From NCBI GenBank assembly GCA_963666485.2, contig CAXXUO010000001.1, positions 960,001 to 1,024,000 on the forward strand: a DNA stretch of 64,000 nucleotides, given 5' to 3'. Numbering within the stretch: the stretch's first letter is position 1; the number at the start of each line of letters is the position of its first letter. Positions 48,831 through 59,027 of this stretch are shown here, one piece after another. The notes beneath the pieces are model-generated. The model saw only the letters and a program-made list of their open reading frames with translations, was not told where the DNA came from and ran no database searches. The translations under genes and the position numbers were made by a program. This DNA comes from Syntrophorhabdaceae bacterium (GTDB lineage Bacteria; Desulfobacterota; Syntrophorhabdia; Syntrophorhabdales; Syntrophorhabdaceae).

Positions 48831-49520
48831 ATGGGAACCAAGGAAATCCACGATGGAATTTACCTGATAGGCAGCTCCGACATTACGGATGCAAAGGATT
48901 GCTGCGTCTACCTTTTGAACCTCGGGGGCGAACTCCTCCTGATGGACGCGGGCGCAGGTTCAAGCGTCAACGCCATCACCGCCAACATCGACAGGCTCGG
49001 TTTCAAATCCGTCCCTCTTTCCACGATCGTCCTCACACACTGCCACATCGATCACGTCGGCGGGGCGGCCGCCCTCCAGCAAAAATACGGCGCAAAGCTC
49101 GTCATGCACAGCCTGGATGCCGCTCCCCTCGAGAACGGGGACCAGCGCATGACCGCCGCATACTGGTATGGGGTGAAATTTCAGCCCCTCTCCATCGATG
49201 TCAAATTCTCAGGACAGCAACACACGCTTTCCGTAGGCCCTCATGAATTGACCCTCCTCCATACCCCCGGGCACACGCCCGGTTCGATCTCGGCCTATAT
49301 CGACAAGTCCGGGAAGCGCGTCCTCTTCGGCCAGGACATACACGGACCCTTCCTCGCAGACTTCGGCGCCAACATGAAGGACTGGACAAATTCGATGAAA
49401 CTGCTCCTGTCCCTCAACGCCGACATCCTTTGCGAGGGTCATTTCGGGATCTACCCGTCGAACAAGAAATTAACGGCGTATATCGAACGGTACCTGGAAG
49501 AATACGGAGACGAGGGGTAA
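48831..49520 (+). CDS. MBL-fold metallo-hydrolase
   Basis: THCHIDH, HTPGHTPG, CEGH. Confidence 0.9.
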   Translation: MGTKEIHDGIYLIGSSDITDAKDCCVYLLNLGGELLLMDAGAGSSVNAITANIDRLGFKSVPLSTIVLTHCHIDHVGGAAALQQKYGAKLVMHSLDAAPLENGDQRMTAAYWYGVKFQPLSIDVKFSGQQHTLSVGPHELTLLHTPGHTPGSISAYIDKSGKRVLFGQDIHGPFLADFGANMKDWTNSMKLLLSLNADILCEGHFGIYPSNKKLTAYIERYLEEYGDEG

Positions 49521-49667
49521 TGGATAATAATTTCTGGGTTATGGGTCGGGGACGGGTTTTTCCTATTACCCATAACCCCGCACCTGTTGCCTGTTTTTTA
49601 CTGTTTCACGTGCAACATTTCTGTCTTTTATCAGTGATTACGATATGTTAGAAATATCTTGATCCGC

Positions 49668-50348
49668 TTACCGCGCCAGTTCCGTATCCTTGTAGCGCAT
49701 TTCCCTTTCAATGTCCCGGATCTTTCGCGCAAGAATGTTCTTGACCTGAACTTCCATGTCAGCAAACTGAACGGAGGCCATGGCGATCGTCTTCCGTATC
49801 CTGTCGTTTTCCGGTTCCCACACCCGCAAGACCCGGCCCTTGACCGAATATGCCGTTGAATCCATCACGATCGTCAACGTGACGTCATCGCCCGTGTTGA
49901 GCGCCTGCGATCTCTCGTAACTGAACCGTGCTCCCCCGATAGATACATCGATCAGGTTGACCGGCTTGCCGCGGATGGAGATTGTAAGTCCGCAGCTTCC
50001 CGGGGGCTCCAGCCTGAAGAACATTCTCAGGTTATACTCCTCGGCGTCCCCTGCCTGCCGCAAGGCCAGGGCCTGGACGGTGACAGAGGGGTTGAGTTCG
50101 TAATCGGAGATAAACCCTGCGATCACCGCCGGAAACCCCATGCGCGTCATCTCTCTGCCCGACCTGTCGAGAAAGGTGACGAATATCTCCTGCCCCAGGC
50201 GCGTGCGCGATATGGGGGGATCGGTCTGCGCCGCGATCAGGACATCATCCCTTACCTCGTGGACGACCGAATTGCCGACGTCGATCGTTTCCCTCATATG
50301 ATCGACATTGATGACTATGTTAATGTTCGTTCCCGGCCTGATTTTCAT
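49668..50348 (-). CDS. PilZ domain protein
   Basis: RMFFR and DVSIGG motifs. Confidence 0.8.
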   Translation of the reverse strand: MKIRPGTNINIVINVDHMRETIDVGNSVVHEVRDDVLIAAQTDPPISRTRLGQEIFVTFLDRSGREMTRMGFPAVIAGFISDYELNPSVTVQALALRQAGDAEEYNLRMFFRLEPPGSCGLTISIRGKPVNLIDVSIGGARFSYERSQALNTGDDVTLTIVMDSTAYSVKGRVLRVWEPENDRIRKTIAMASVQFADMEVQVKNILARKIRDIEREMRYKDTELAR

Positions 50349-50709
50349 TTGCTTTCCTGGCCCATCTCATGAACGGGTATGCCGCTATGACGAGGACCAT
50401 GGTCACCTCGCCGGTCCGGTTCTCCAGGGCATGAGGCTCGCCCGCGGGTATCCACACGGAGTCCCCTTCTTTCACTTCGCGGACCTCGTCACCCACCTTC
50501 ATATGCCCGGCGCCCCTGTAAATATGGTATATCTCCTCCACGGGGTCGATATGTTCCTCTATGACCTTGCCCGGCTGCAGCGTCGCGTATGCAAGGAACT
50601 CGATCCCTTCCATAACCCGGCTCGTCAGGATCATCCACGCATCCGCACCCCCATGCGCCCTGTATTGCGTCCGTAGTACTTCAGGATCGTTAAAATGTCT
50701 GACTATCAT
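50320..50709 (-). CDS. Cupin domain protein
   Basis: EEIYHIYRGAG...GDSVWIPAGEPH. Confidence 0.85.
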   Translation of the reverse strand: MIVRHFNDPEVLRTQYRAHGGADAWMILTSRVMEGIEFLAYATLQPGKVIEEHIDPVEEIYHIYRGAGHMKVGDEVREVKEGDSVWIPAGEPHALENRTGEVTMVLVIAAYPFMRWARKANENQAGNEH

Positions 50710-50956
50710 ATCTCCACCCGTCATTATAATATCGGCAATTTTGCGCGCCCGAAAAGACCTGGCACGTTTCTACCACTTTTTCCCCAATAACTCCGAGGAG
50801 TTGCCAAGGACTGGATCATGCGGCCGATCCCCCCGGGACTTTTCCATTATGAAGAGATATCCCCCCGGTTGTCAATGTTTTTCGCGGGTACCGGGGCCGG
50901 CCTCATTGACACGTCCGTTCCGATTTTGATAGAGTTCCATAGCCTTTCAGGACAAG

Positions 50957-52111
50957 GTGCCCATGGAAATATCTAAACGCGCGGACCGGATACCCCCATT
51001 TTACGTGATGGAGCTCCTCGAAAAAGCCTCCATGATGGAGCTTCAGGGCCACAGGATAGTTCATATGGAGGTCGGCGAGCCCGGCTTTGAGACCCCCGGC
51101 CCCATAAAGGCAGCGGCAATAGAGGCCCTGAGCGAAGGCAAAACATTCTACACGCACAGCCTCGGTATTCCCGAGCTGCGGCAGGCAATTTCCGACAGCT
51201 ACGCCGCCTCCTGCCAGGCCGTTATCCCGCCTGACCGCGTCATAATCACAAACGGCTCTTCCGGTGCGTTTACCCTTCTCTTTACGGCACTTTTGGAACC
51301 CGGGCGGACCCTTGCCCTTGCTGACCCCGGCTATCCATGCTACAGGAACATTGCCTCGCTGACGGACTGTACGATAGAACCCGTCCCCGTCTCGGCCGAT
51401 AAGAATTACGAGATACCGCCCGATCATTTCGATGCGGCCGCACCTCCTGATGTCCTTATCATCGCCAACCCGTCCAATCCAACCGGGGCCGTCTACCGGC
51501 CCGAAAGCATCGCTTCCCTTCACGCCCGGCTTGCCCCTGCCGGCGGCGCACTTATCGTCGATGAGATCTACTCCGGCCTTACCTATGACGTTCAATTTGC
51601 CTCCAGCGCCTGTATCGCTGACGATATCATAATCGTAAGCGGTTTCTCCAAGGCCTACGCCATGACGGGCTGGCGCCTCGGCTGGATGATCGTTCCCGCG
51701 GACCTTGTGCGCCCCGTCCAGAAGCTCGCGCAGAACCTCTTCATAGCCCCGCCCTCCGTCTCCCAGTGGGCCGCCCTCAAGGCCTTCGATGACACCGCCG
51801 AGCTCGCACGCATGCGGTCGCTGTACAAGCAAAGACGGGACTTTCTTGTCCCCCGCCTGAGAGACCTTGGCTTCACCATCCCCCGCGTTCCCGACGGCGC
51901 GTTTTACATCTATGCGGGGATCGAAAACTTCGGGATGGACAGCATGATCTTTGTTGAGAGGGCGCTTGCCGAAGCGAAGGTGGCCATAACTCCCGGCTAC
52001 GATTTTGGTGCGCACGGGGCATCCTCGCACGTGCGCTTCTCCTATGCCAACACCCTCGAGAACCTGAAAGACGGCTGTGACATGCTCGAGGCCTGGCTCA
52101 AGAAAGCCTGA
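50957..52111 (+). CDS. PLP-dependent aminotransferase class I/II
   Basis: NPSNPTG, DEIY, SGFSKAYAMTGWRLG. Confidence 0.94.
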   Translation: MPMEISKRADRIPPFYVMELLEKASMMELQGHRIVHMEVGEPGFETPGPIKAAAIEALSEGKTFYTHSLGIPELRQAISDSYAASCQAVIPPDRVIITNGSSGAFTLLFTALLEPGRTLALADPGYPCYRNIASLTDCTIEPVPVSADKNYEIPPDHFDAAAPPDVLIIANPSNPTGAVYRPESIASLHARLAPAGGALIVDEIYSGLTYDVQFASSACIADDIIIVSGFSKAYAMTGWRLGWMIVPADLVRPVQKLAQNLFIAPPSVSQWAALKAFDDTAELARMRSLYKQRRDFLVPRLRDLGFTIPRVPDGAFYIYAGIENFGMDSMIFVERALAEAKVAITPGYDFGAHGASSHVRFSYANTLENLKDGCDMLEAWLKKA

Positions 52112-52178
52112 CCATTTTCTGCGTGCTCCTGTAATGTTTTTTTCATTTTGTCCGATTATTAATCTTAAGGAGGTCTTT

Positions 52179-52475
52179 GTGCCCAGACTGAGCCCCTCCG
52201 GACTCGAGCCCGGAATGATAACGGCCAGATCGGTCGTAAATGCTAACGGCATGGTCCTGCTCGGGGAGAACACGGAGCTGACCGCCGAATTGATCGACAG
52301 GATAAAGAACATGGACGTCGATGCGGTCTATGTTCAGGGAAGCACCAAGCCGCAAAGGCCCCGGGAGGAGCTGATCGCCGAGATCGAGGACCGTTTTCAA
52401 CGCGCCGGCGATAGCCCGAACATGGACACCATCAGAAAAGCCCTGATACGGCATATCGAGACCCTCTATGCTTAA
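52179..52475 (+). CDS. Small hypothetical protein
   Basis: GTG after AAGGAGG; LEPGMITARSV...G.VLL...TELT; overlaps HDOD gene. Confidence 0.7.
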   Translation: MPRLSPSGLEPGMITARSVVNANGMVLLGENTELTAELIDRIKNMDVDAVYVQGSTKPQRPREELIAEIEDRFQRAGDSPNMDTIRKALIRHIETLYA

Positions 52476-53304
52476 CATGGACGTAAGGCAGGTCCGGGAA
52501 AAGATCGAGAATGTGACGGCACTTCCCACGATCCCGAAAGTGCTCAACAGGCTGCTTGCCGTGATCGAGAACCCGAAGGTATCGCTCAACGAGATAAGCA
52601 ATTTCATTGCGGGCGACCCGGCGCTCACGACCAAGGTCCTGCGCATGGTCAATTCGCCGGTGTATGGTTTTCCCGGGCGCATCTCGTCGGTGAACCAGGC
52701 CGTGATACTCCTCGGCCTCACCGTTGTCAAAGGACTCCTTCTCGGCGTATCCGTTTTTGACCTCATGCAAAAGACCATGATAGGGCTCTGGGAGCACTCG
52801 ATCGGGTGCGCTATCTTTTCCCGGATAATAGCCGTAAAAAAGGGACATAAAGAACCTGACGAGCTCTCCGTCGACGGCCTGCTTCACGATATAGGCAAGG
52901 TTTTCCTCGTCCTGCAGTTCCCCGATGAATACCAGAAGGCCCTCGCCGAATCGAAGCGGGACAATCTTACCATCTATGTCTCGGAAAAGAACCACTTCAA
53001 CACAACGCATTCGAGCGTCGGGAGCTGGATGGCCCGCAAGTGGCGCTTCCCGCCCTCCCTTATCGATGTGATCGAGTATCACCACAAGCCCCGGCTCACG
53101 AAAAACACGCCGCTGGAATCCTCCATCGTTCACCTGGCGGACATTATGGTCCGGGCCCGGGGATATGGCTTCCCCGGGGACAACTCTCTCGTGCCGGTAG
53201 AAGAGGCCGCCTTTGATCTTCTGTCCTTAGGCGAGACGGACCTCGCCGAAATATTCCAGGAAGCTGAAGAGTCCCTGAACATGACGGAAGACCTTGAGTT
53301 ATGA
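52468..53304 (+). CDS. HDOD domain protein
   Basis: LPTIP, DPALTTKVLRMVNS, GLLHDIGK. Confidence 0.92.
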   Translation: MLNMDVRQVREKIENVTALPTIPKVLNRLLAVIENPKVSLNEISNFIAGDPALTTKVLRMVNSPVYGFPGRISSVNQAVILLGLTVVKGLLLGVSVFDLMQKTMIGLWEHSIGCAIFSRIIAVKKGHKEPDELSVDGLLHDIGKVFLVLQFPDEYQKALAESKRDNLTIYVSEKNHFNTTHSSVGSWMARKWRFPPSLIDVIEYHHKPRLTKNTPLESSIVHLADIMVRARGYGFPGDNSLVPVEEAAFDLLSLGETDLAEIFQEAEESLNMTEDLEL

Positions 53305-54230
53305 GCACCGGCAAGACGATTGTCATAATATCGCAGGACGTTGTCCTTTCCGAGATATTGGACCAGCTGCTGGCGCGCACGTATGGTGTCTTCATTTTCC
53401 GCAGTATCCGGTCGGCGATAGATTACATTTACAATTCCCCGCCAAACCTGATCATCCTCGATACGCCGGAAAATGATGCGTATTCCCTCGAGATCCTGAA
53501 TAATCTCAAGACCGACCCTATCTTTTACCAGCTTCCCATTCTCCTTGTCGTCGACACCAGCGCCGGTGTTCCGGTCTCGGGCACGTTCTTTGTCGATGAT
53601 TACCTGAAAAGGGGCGATATCGAGACTGACGGTGCGGCCCGGATCTCCCTTGCCATACTGAGGTCCGAGAGGATCGTCGACGTCAATCCGTTAACGAAGC
53701 TTCCCGGCAACATATCGATCAGCCGGCACATCCAGGCCCAGATCGAGTCCGGCGAGATCTTCGCGCTGGCGTATGCCGATCTCGATCATTTCAAGCCTTT
53801 CAATGACCATTACGGCTTCACCCGGGGGGACGAGATCATCCGGATAACGGGCAGGCTCATTCTCAATATAGTGAAGAGCAAGGAGCCGCAGACATGCTTC
53901 GTCGGCCATATCGGCGGGGATGATTTCGTATTCATAACCTCCGTCGATGCCGTGGAGCAGACATCCTCCGACATCATACAGGCGTTCGACAAGATCATAC
54001 CGACCCTCTATGACCGGACCGACCGCGACGCCGGTTATATCGAGACCTTAGATCGCCAGGGAAATACGCGAAAATTCCCGATCACCGCACTTTCCATAGG
54101 CATAGCGACGAACAGGAGCAGGCCCTTTACCCACTTCGGCCAGATGACGGAGGTGGCCTCCGAGATGAAAAAACAGGCGAAACAGTCCTGGGGAAGCTGC
54201 TATCTGTGCGACAGGCGCACGGCTTCCTGA
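53301..54230 (+). CDS. Receiver-like + GGDEF diguanylate cyclase
   Basis: DLDHFKPFND, GHIGGDDF. Confidence 0.88.
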   Translation: MSTGKTIVIISQDVVLSEILDQLLARTYGVFIFRSIRSAIDYIYNSPPNLIILDTPENDAYSLEILNNLKTDPIFYQLPILLVVDTSAGVPVSGTFFVDDYLKRGDIETDGAARISLAILRSERIVDVNPLTKLPGNISISRHIQAQIESGEIFALAYADLDHFKPFNDHYGFTRGDEIIRITGRLILNIVKSKEPQTCFVGHIGGDDFVFITSVDAVEQTSSDIIQAFDKIIPTLYDRTDRDAGYIETLDRQGNTRKFPITALSIGIATNRSRPFTHFGQMTEVASEMKKQAKQSWGSCYLCDRRTAS

Positions 54231-54332
54231 AGGCCGCGCACCGGTGCAAGGCGCTTTCAGCGGCTATTTTTTCGTTGCCGAAAGGCCGAATCTCACGTAA
54301 AACTTAAATAAGCTTTATAAAAGGGATGGAAA

Positions 54333-55364
54333 ATGACCACGGGAATTGTAAAAGACCCCGTCTATCTCGAGCACATCTGCGGGGAATATCACCCCGAGAG
54401 CCCCGCACGGCTCAGCCACATATACGCGATGCTGCCGTCCGTTGATACGGACGGTATCGTGTACATCAAGCCGCGGCCGGCGAGCCACGAAGAATTATCG
54501 CGCATCCACGACCCCTCGTACATCGAGAGGATCGCAGGGACCCGCGGGAAATTCGTTTCCCTCGACCCCGACACCGGAGCATGTCCCCGGACATATGATG
54601 CCGCCCGCTTCGCGGCCGGGGGGTGCTTAAGCCTCGCCGATTCCCTCATGTCGCGGGAGGTGACGAACGGATTCGCCCTTGTACGGCCGCCGGGCCACCA
54701 CGCCGAGAAGGCCCGGTCCATGGGTTTCTGCATATTCAACAACATAGCGGTCGCCGCCCGTTACCTTCAGGCCCGGTGGGGCCTTGAGAGAATCTTGATA
54801 GCCGATTTCGACCTCCACCACGGGAACGGCACGCAGAGAAGCTTTTATTCCGACGCCTCCGTCCTCTATTTTTCAACGCACCAGTTCCCGTACTATCCCG
54901 GGACGGGCTGGTATGAAGAGACGGGCGAAGGCGAGGGCAAGGGGTATACGATCAATGTTCCGATGGACTACGGGATGAACGACGACGATTACGTCTTCGC
55001 GTTTCAGGAGATCCTGGTGCCGATAGCCCGCCTTTACAGCCCGGACATAATACTCGTATCGGCAGGATTCGACATATATTGCGATGACCCCCTCGGCGGC
55101 ATGTCCGTCACGGAAGCAGGCTTTTCGGAAATTACCCGGATCATCCTGGATGCCGCGGCACACTGCTGCGATTCCCGGGCCCTGTTCGCGCTCGAGGGCG
55201 GCTACGACCCCCCCGGTCTTGCCCGCAGCGTCATGGCGGTCGTCACCATGATGAAGGGTTCGCCCGCGTTCATGTATGAGAAAAGGCGCGAGCCGTGCCG
55301 CGCCATGGTGAGCCGTGTAAAAGATGTCAAGAAAGAGTTAAGCCCGTACTGGGGTGTCTTCTAG
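54333..55364 (+). CDS. Histone deacetylase family protein
   Basis: HPESPARL, RPPGHHA, DFDLHHGNGTQ, LEGGY. Confidence 0.94.
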   Translation: MTTGIVKDPVYLEHICGEYHPESPARLSHIYAMLPSVDTDGIVYIKPRPASHEELSRIHDPSYIERIAGTRGKFVSLDPDTGACPRTYDAARFAAGGCLSLADSLMSREVTNGFALVRPPGHHAEKARSMGFCIFNNIAVAARYLQARWGLERILIADFDLHHGNGTQRSFYSDASVLYFSTHQFPYYPGTGWYEETGEGEGKGYTINVPMDYGMNDDDYVFAFQEILVPIARLYSPDIILVSAGFDIYCDDPLGGMSVTEAGFSEITRIILDAAAHCCDSRALFALEGGYDPPGLARSVMAVVTMMKGSPAFMYEKRREPCRAMVSRVKDVKKELSPYWGVF

Positions 55365-55645
55365 ACGTCGTCCTTCCACACCATTTCTTTCAATTCTTTT
55401 CCGACCTTGAAATAGGGGAGCCGTTTGGGTTCGACCTGTACCGTTTCGCCGCTCTTCGGGTTGCGGCCTCTGTAGGCCTTGTATTCCCTCAAGGTAAAGC
55501 TCCCGAATCCGCGGATCTCGACACGTTCGTTGTTTATGATGGCCTTCTTTATGCTGTCGATTATGGTATCGACGGCTATCTTCGCTATCTTCTGGTTCAC
55601 GTTTATATCTGTCGCAAGCTTATTGATTATGTCCATTTTATTCAT
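55361..55645 (-). CDS. HU/IHF family DNA-binding protein (IHF beta-like)
   Basis: RVEIRGFGSF, GRNPKSGE, FKVGKELKE. Confidence 0.92.
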   Translation of the reverse strand: MNKMDIINKLATDINVNQKIAKIAVDTIIDSIKKAIINNERVEIRGFGSFTLREYKAYRGRNPKSGETVQVEPKRLPYFKVGKELKEMVWKDDV

Positions 55646-55660
55646 TCGAGGCCCCTCCCG

Positions 55661-56479
55661 TTAACTTTCTAAAATATATTTACAGGCATTCTTGAATATC
55701 TTCAGCCCGTCTGACTCTTCGTCAACCTTTTCCCGCGTCCACCGGGGATGCTGGACACGGCGGACATACGCCTCCGGGTGCGGCATCAGACCGAAGATCC
55801 TCCCTGTATCATCACACAGGGCCGCTATCGAATCAACGGACCCGTTCGGGTTATCCGGGTATGCCGCCGTTACAGCCCCCGCGCTATCGGCGTATTGCAG
55901 GACTATGTTGCCCTTTGCCCTCATCGATGAAAGGGTTTCTGTTGCATCGACAACGCACTTACCCTCACCATGCCGGACAGGAAGATAAATTTTATCCATA
56001 TCATACGTAAATATGCAATGAGAAAATGGATTTGCCTTAAGGTACGTCCAGCGGTCCTCGAACCGCCCCGAGTCGTTCGCGGTAAGTGTGGCTGTCTGCA
56101 GCCCGTAGTTTTTCCCGATCGCCGGCAGGAGCCCCGTCTTGATCAAAAGCTGGAAGCCGTTGCAGATGCCGATGATGATCTTTCCGTCGTCGATGAACTT
56201 CACGAGCTCGTCTATGAGACGCCTGTCCGTCCCGGCCACCTTCTGGTGCCTCCATTTGACGCTCTGCGCCTTCGCGGAACCCAGGTCGTCACCGTCGAGG
56301 AACCCGCCCGGGAAGTTTATGAAGCTGTAGGCGTGGATCCTCTGCGGGTCCCCGGCGAACTCGTTTATGTGGATCAGGTCCGGCTCAAAACCGGCGAGCC
56401 TGTTCGCGTATGCCGTTTCGTGCTCGCAGTTTATTCCGTTACCGAAAAATACGAGGCTTTTAGGTCTTTTTCGTGTCAT
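55661..56479 (-). CDS. purQ: Phosphoribosylformylglycinamidine synthase glutaminase subunit
   Basis: PGGFLDGDDL, GICNGFQ, GLMPHPE; real start ATG 56479. Confidence 0.9.
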   Translation of the reverse strand: MTRKRPKSLVFFGNGINCEHETAYANRLAGFEPDLIHINEFAGDPQRIHAYSFINFPGGFLDGDDLGSAKAQSVKWRHQKVAGTDRRLIDELVKFIDDGKIIIGICNGFQLLIKTGLLPAIGKNYGLQTATLTANDSGRFEDRWTYLKANPFSHCIFTYDMDKIYLPVRHGEGKCVVDATETLSSMRAKGNIVLQYADSAGAVTAAYPDNPNGSVDSIAALCDDTGRIFGLMPHPEAYVRRVQHPRWTREKVDEESDGLKIFKNACKYILES

Positions 56480-57291
56480 GTCGCGTAACTGTGCAGTCCT
56501 GCCAGAAAGAAATTGACCCCGAAGTAGGTCATGATAACGCTCGCGAACCCTACGATCGACAATATCGCGATCCGCCTGCCCTTCAAGCCCCCCGCAAACC
56601 GCAGGTGAAGAACAAGGGCGTAAATGATCCACGTTATAAGCGACCAGGTTTCCTTCGGGTCCCAGCTCCAGTATGATCCCCATGCAAAATGGGCCCATAC
56701 GGCTCCGGTAAGTATACCAGATGTCAGCATGGAAAAGCCAATAATAATGCTCCTGTAATTGACGTCCTCGAGGCTCTCGCGGGCCGGCACGATTCTGCCG
56801 GGGCCGAAGAAATAGAGTGCGCCGCATATAAAGGAAACCGCAAACGCGGCATATCCGAGGAAGCATGTTATGACATGAATGTGGAGCCAGTTGCTCTGCA
56901 GTGCAGGTATCAGGGGCTGGATCCCTCTTTCCACGCCCGGCGCCAGCGACGCGTATGCCATGAGCAAAAGCGAGATCACCCCGGATATGCATGTGATCAC
57001 GGGATAGAGCCGTCTTTTGCGCATGCCAATGACAAAAACGGATATGCACCAGGAGAAAAATATGAGGGACTCATAATAATTCGAGAGCGGGACGTGGCCT
57101 ATCCCGAGCCGGTAGGAGAGTGCCCACCGCACCAGGATCCCTGCCGTTTGAATGATGACGGCAGCGTAGAGGACATACTGGACGGCCTCAAGCAGGGCTT
57201 TTTTCTTCCACACGAAATAGAGGATGTGGACAAAGAAGAGCCCGAGATACAAGATCGTCGCCAATCCGAGCAGGGTATGATCGGTGATCAT
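56476..57291 (-). CDS. Cytochrome c biogenesis system II protein CcsA/ResC
   Basis: WAHFAWGSYWSWDPKETW (WWD domain), GLHSY. Confidence 0.94.
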   Translation of the reverse strand: MITDHTLLGLATILYLGLFFVHILYFVWKKKALLEAVQYVLYAAVIIQTAGILVRWALSYRLGIGHVPLSNYYESLIFFSWCISVFVIGMRKRRLYPVITCISGVISLLLMAYASLAPGVERGIQPLIPALQSNWLHIHVITCFLGYAAFAVSFICGALYFFGPGRIVPARESLEDVNYRSIIIGFSMLTSGILTGAVWAHFAWGSYWSWDPKETWSLITWIIYALVLHLRFAGGLKGRRIAILSIVGFASVIMTYFGVNFFLAGLHSYAT

Positions 57292-58583
57292 GCCGGGCCT
57301 CCCTTAAGTTTTTCAATTTCCGCCTTGAAACTCTCCCTGTTCCGCGAGGCCGCTCCGGCCACGATCAGCCCATCCGGGCCATCGGCCACATATATCCTTC
57401 GATGCGAGGTGAAAAAATTGATATAAAGCCCGACGAGCATCAGCATGAAGCCGCACAGTACGACCGGCACCCCCGGGTCGCGTGCGACCTCGAGCCCCGT
57501 GTAATACTGTCCGCTCATTTTCTCGAGAGATATGCGCGAGCCCTTCACCATGTGCGATCTCATTTTTTCGACATTGCTCAGGAACCACAGGGTCTTCGGT
57601 TCATCCGAATCCATGTATGCCACCATCACCCCGGGCCCGAAATTGTGGACATCCTCCGCATACCTGACGACCATGAACGGCACTTTTGCATCCCGGGCCA
57701 CCTCGCCGTCCCCGAGCTTGAAGGTCTTCCCGTCCTGTGTGAACGTATAGGTGTTCGACCGGCCGTAGCTTGACTGGTAAAAATATATGCCCTTATAGGA
57801 GAGCGGCTCGTTCACCCGTATCCGGCCCCGCTTGACGATATCTCCTTTATTGTCCAGTATCTCGACATCGCTTGCGTATTCCTTTGGCTGGCCGGACGGG
57901 TAAAGGCTCATCCTGAAGTCGGTGCACCTTACGGTAAAACCGAGCACTACCGCGGATTGACCCGGCTTCCGGGACACGGCCGCCTGCGCCTCGTCCCCGG
58001 GCTTGAGCGCAATATACGCCTTAAATCCCGAGATGTTCCCGATAAGCCCCCCTGCGAGTATCAAAAGAACGCTCGTGTGGATGACGACAACCCCCAGGCG
58101 GGAGATCCGCCCCTTCTCGAAAAGATCGGTCCCTTCCGATACCTGCACCCTCCTGTACGAGGAGGGTATCCTGCGGACGACCTCTTCCTTGCTGCCGGGG
58201 GCCGCAATGAAACCGAAACCCGATGAGACAAGCCCCTTAAGGTCATAGGATTGCCTGCGGGCCGGGGCCACCGATCTTTTCAGCCTTTGAATGGTGCACA
58301 GGAAAAGGTTCAGCGCAAATACGCCGAGGAGAAGATAGAACCACGGGGAGTGATACGCATCGTCCAGACCGAAAAGCTTGATGAAGTGGTACGTTCTCTC
58401 CGAGTAATGCGAAAGGTATTCCTCTTCGGAAGCCCCTTGCTGCACGAGGCTTCCCGCGATCGATGTCGCCGCTATGAGGGCAAGGACGATGATCGCGAGG
58501 CGAACGGAAACAAGAAAACGGAAGACGCGGGAGATCGCGGGGGTCGGCCGCCCGTCCGCTTTACTGTTTTTTGTGGCACTCAT
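57288..58583 (-). CDS. resB: Cytochrome c biogenesis protein ResB
   Basis: YHSPWF, IHTSVLLILAG, VNEPLSYKG..YQSSY, DPG. Confidence 0.9.
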   Translation of the reverse strand: MSATKNSKADGRPTPAISRVFRFLVSVRLAIIVLALIAATSIAGSLVQQGASEEEYLSHYSERTYHFIKLFGLDDAYHSPWFYLLLGVFALNLFLCTIQRLKRSVAPARRQSYDLKGLVSSGFGFIAAPGSKEEVVRRIPSSYRRVQVSEGTDLFEKGRISRLGVVVIHTSVLLILAGGLIGNISGFKAYIALKPGDEAQAAVSRKPGQSAVVLGFTVRCTDFRMSLYPSGQPKEYASDVEILDNKGDIVKRGRIRVNEPLSYKGIYFYQSSYGRSNTYTFTQDGKTFKLGDGEVARDAKVPFMVVRYAEDVHNFGPGVMVAYMDSDEPKTLWFLSNVEKMRSHMVKGSRISLEKMSGQYYTGLEVARDPGVPVVLCGFMLMLVGLYINFFTSHRRIYVADGPDGLIVAGAASRNRESFKAEIEKLKGGPA

Positions 58584-58944
58584 TGCACTTCGTGGGCGCG
58601 TTCACGTTCTTCGCAAGGGATTCCTTGTGACATTCAATGCAATTCTTGTGATAGGCATCCTTTATCGGGGGCGCCCCGTTCTTGACGTCAGTGCGGTCGT
58701 GGCAGGGCATGCACGAGCCGGGTTGTTTCGGGTCTTTGTCTTTGTGATGACAAACGGCGCAGTCTACTTTGGTTTTTTCCGTATGGACGGAATGCGAAAA
58801 TGTCACCGGCGGGAATTTCCCGCCCTCGAGCTTCAGCACCAGGGGTTCAGGCGGCTTTTTTTGGGCATATACGAGCTGAAACAGGACGGCGGCGAAGAGA
58901 ACGATAAGCGCCGTGACGACTGCGATCTTGAATGTCTTGTTCAT
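58561..58944 (-). CDS. Tetraheme cytochrome c3 family protein
   Basis: Signal peptide; four CxxCH (CAVCH, CMPCH, CIECH, CNECH); VTFSH. Confidence 0.9.
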   Translation of the reverse strand: MNKTFKIAVVTALIVLFAAVLFQLVYAQKKPPEPLVLKLEGGKFPPVTFSHSVHTEKTKVDCAVCHHKDKDPKQPGSCMPCHDRTDVKNGAPPIKDAYHKNCIECHKESLAKNVNAPTKCNECHKKQ

Positions 58945-59027
58945 TCCTCATCCTCCCATGTGCCTTGCTCATAAAATGGTATCCCATGAGCGATCGCCAA
59001 GTCAAGGCGCGCATCCCCTCACGCGGC

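Noticed and set aside
50903..52312. 469-aa minus-strand ORF and similar long antisense ORFs across the window
   Set aside because: They overlap well-supported genes on the other strand and have no recognisable motifs; expected in GC-rich DNA
53301..54230. Hypr-type (cGAMP-making) GGDEF enzyme, suggested by the GGDDF motif
   Set aside because: The specificity position reads Asp (TRGDEII) as in ordinary diguanylate cyclases, not Ser/Thr as I recall for GacA-type enzymes
56480..57049. N-terminal extension making PurQ 462 aa
   Set aside because: Overlaps the cytochrome c biogenesis gene in another frame; PurQ similarity starts at ATG 56479
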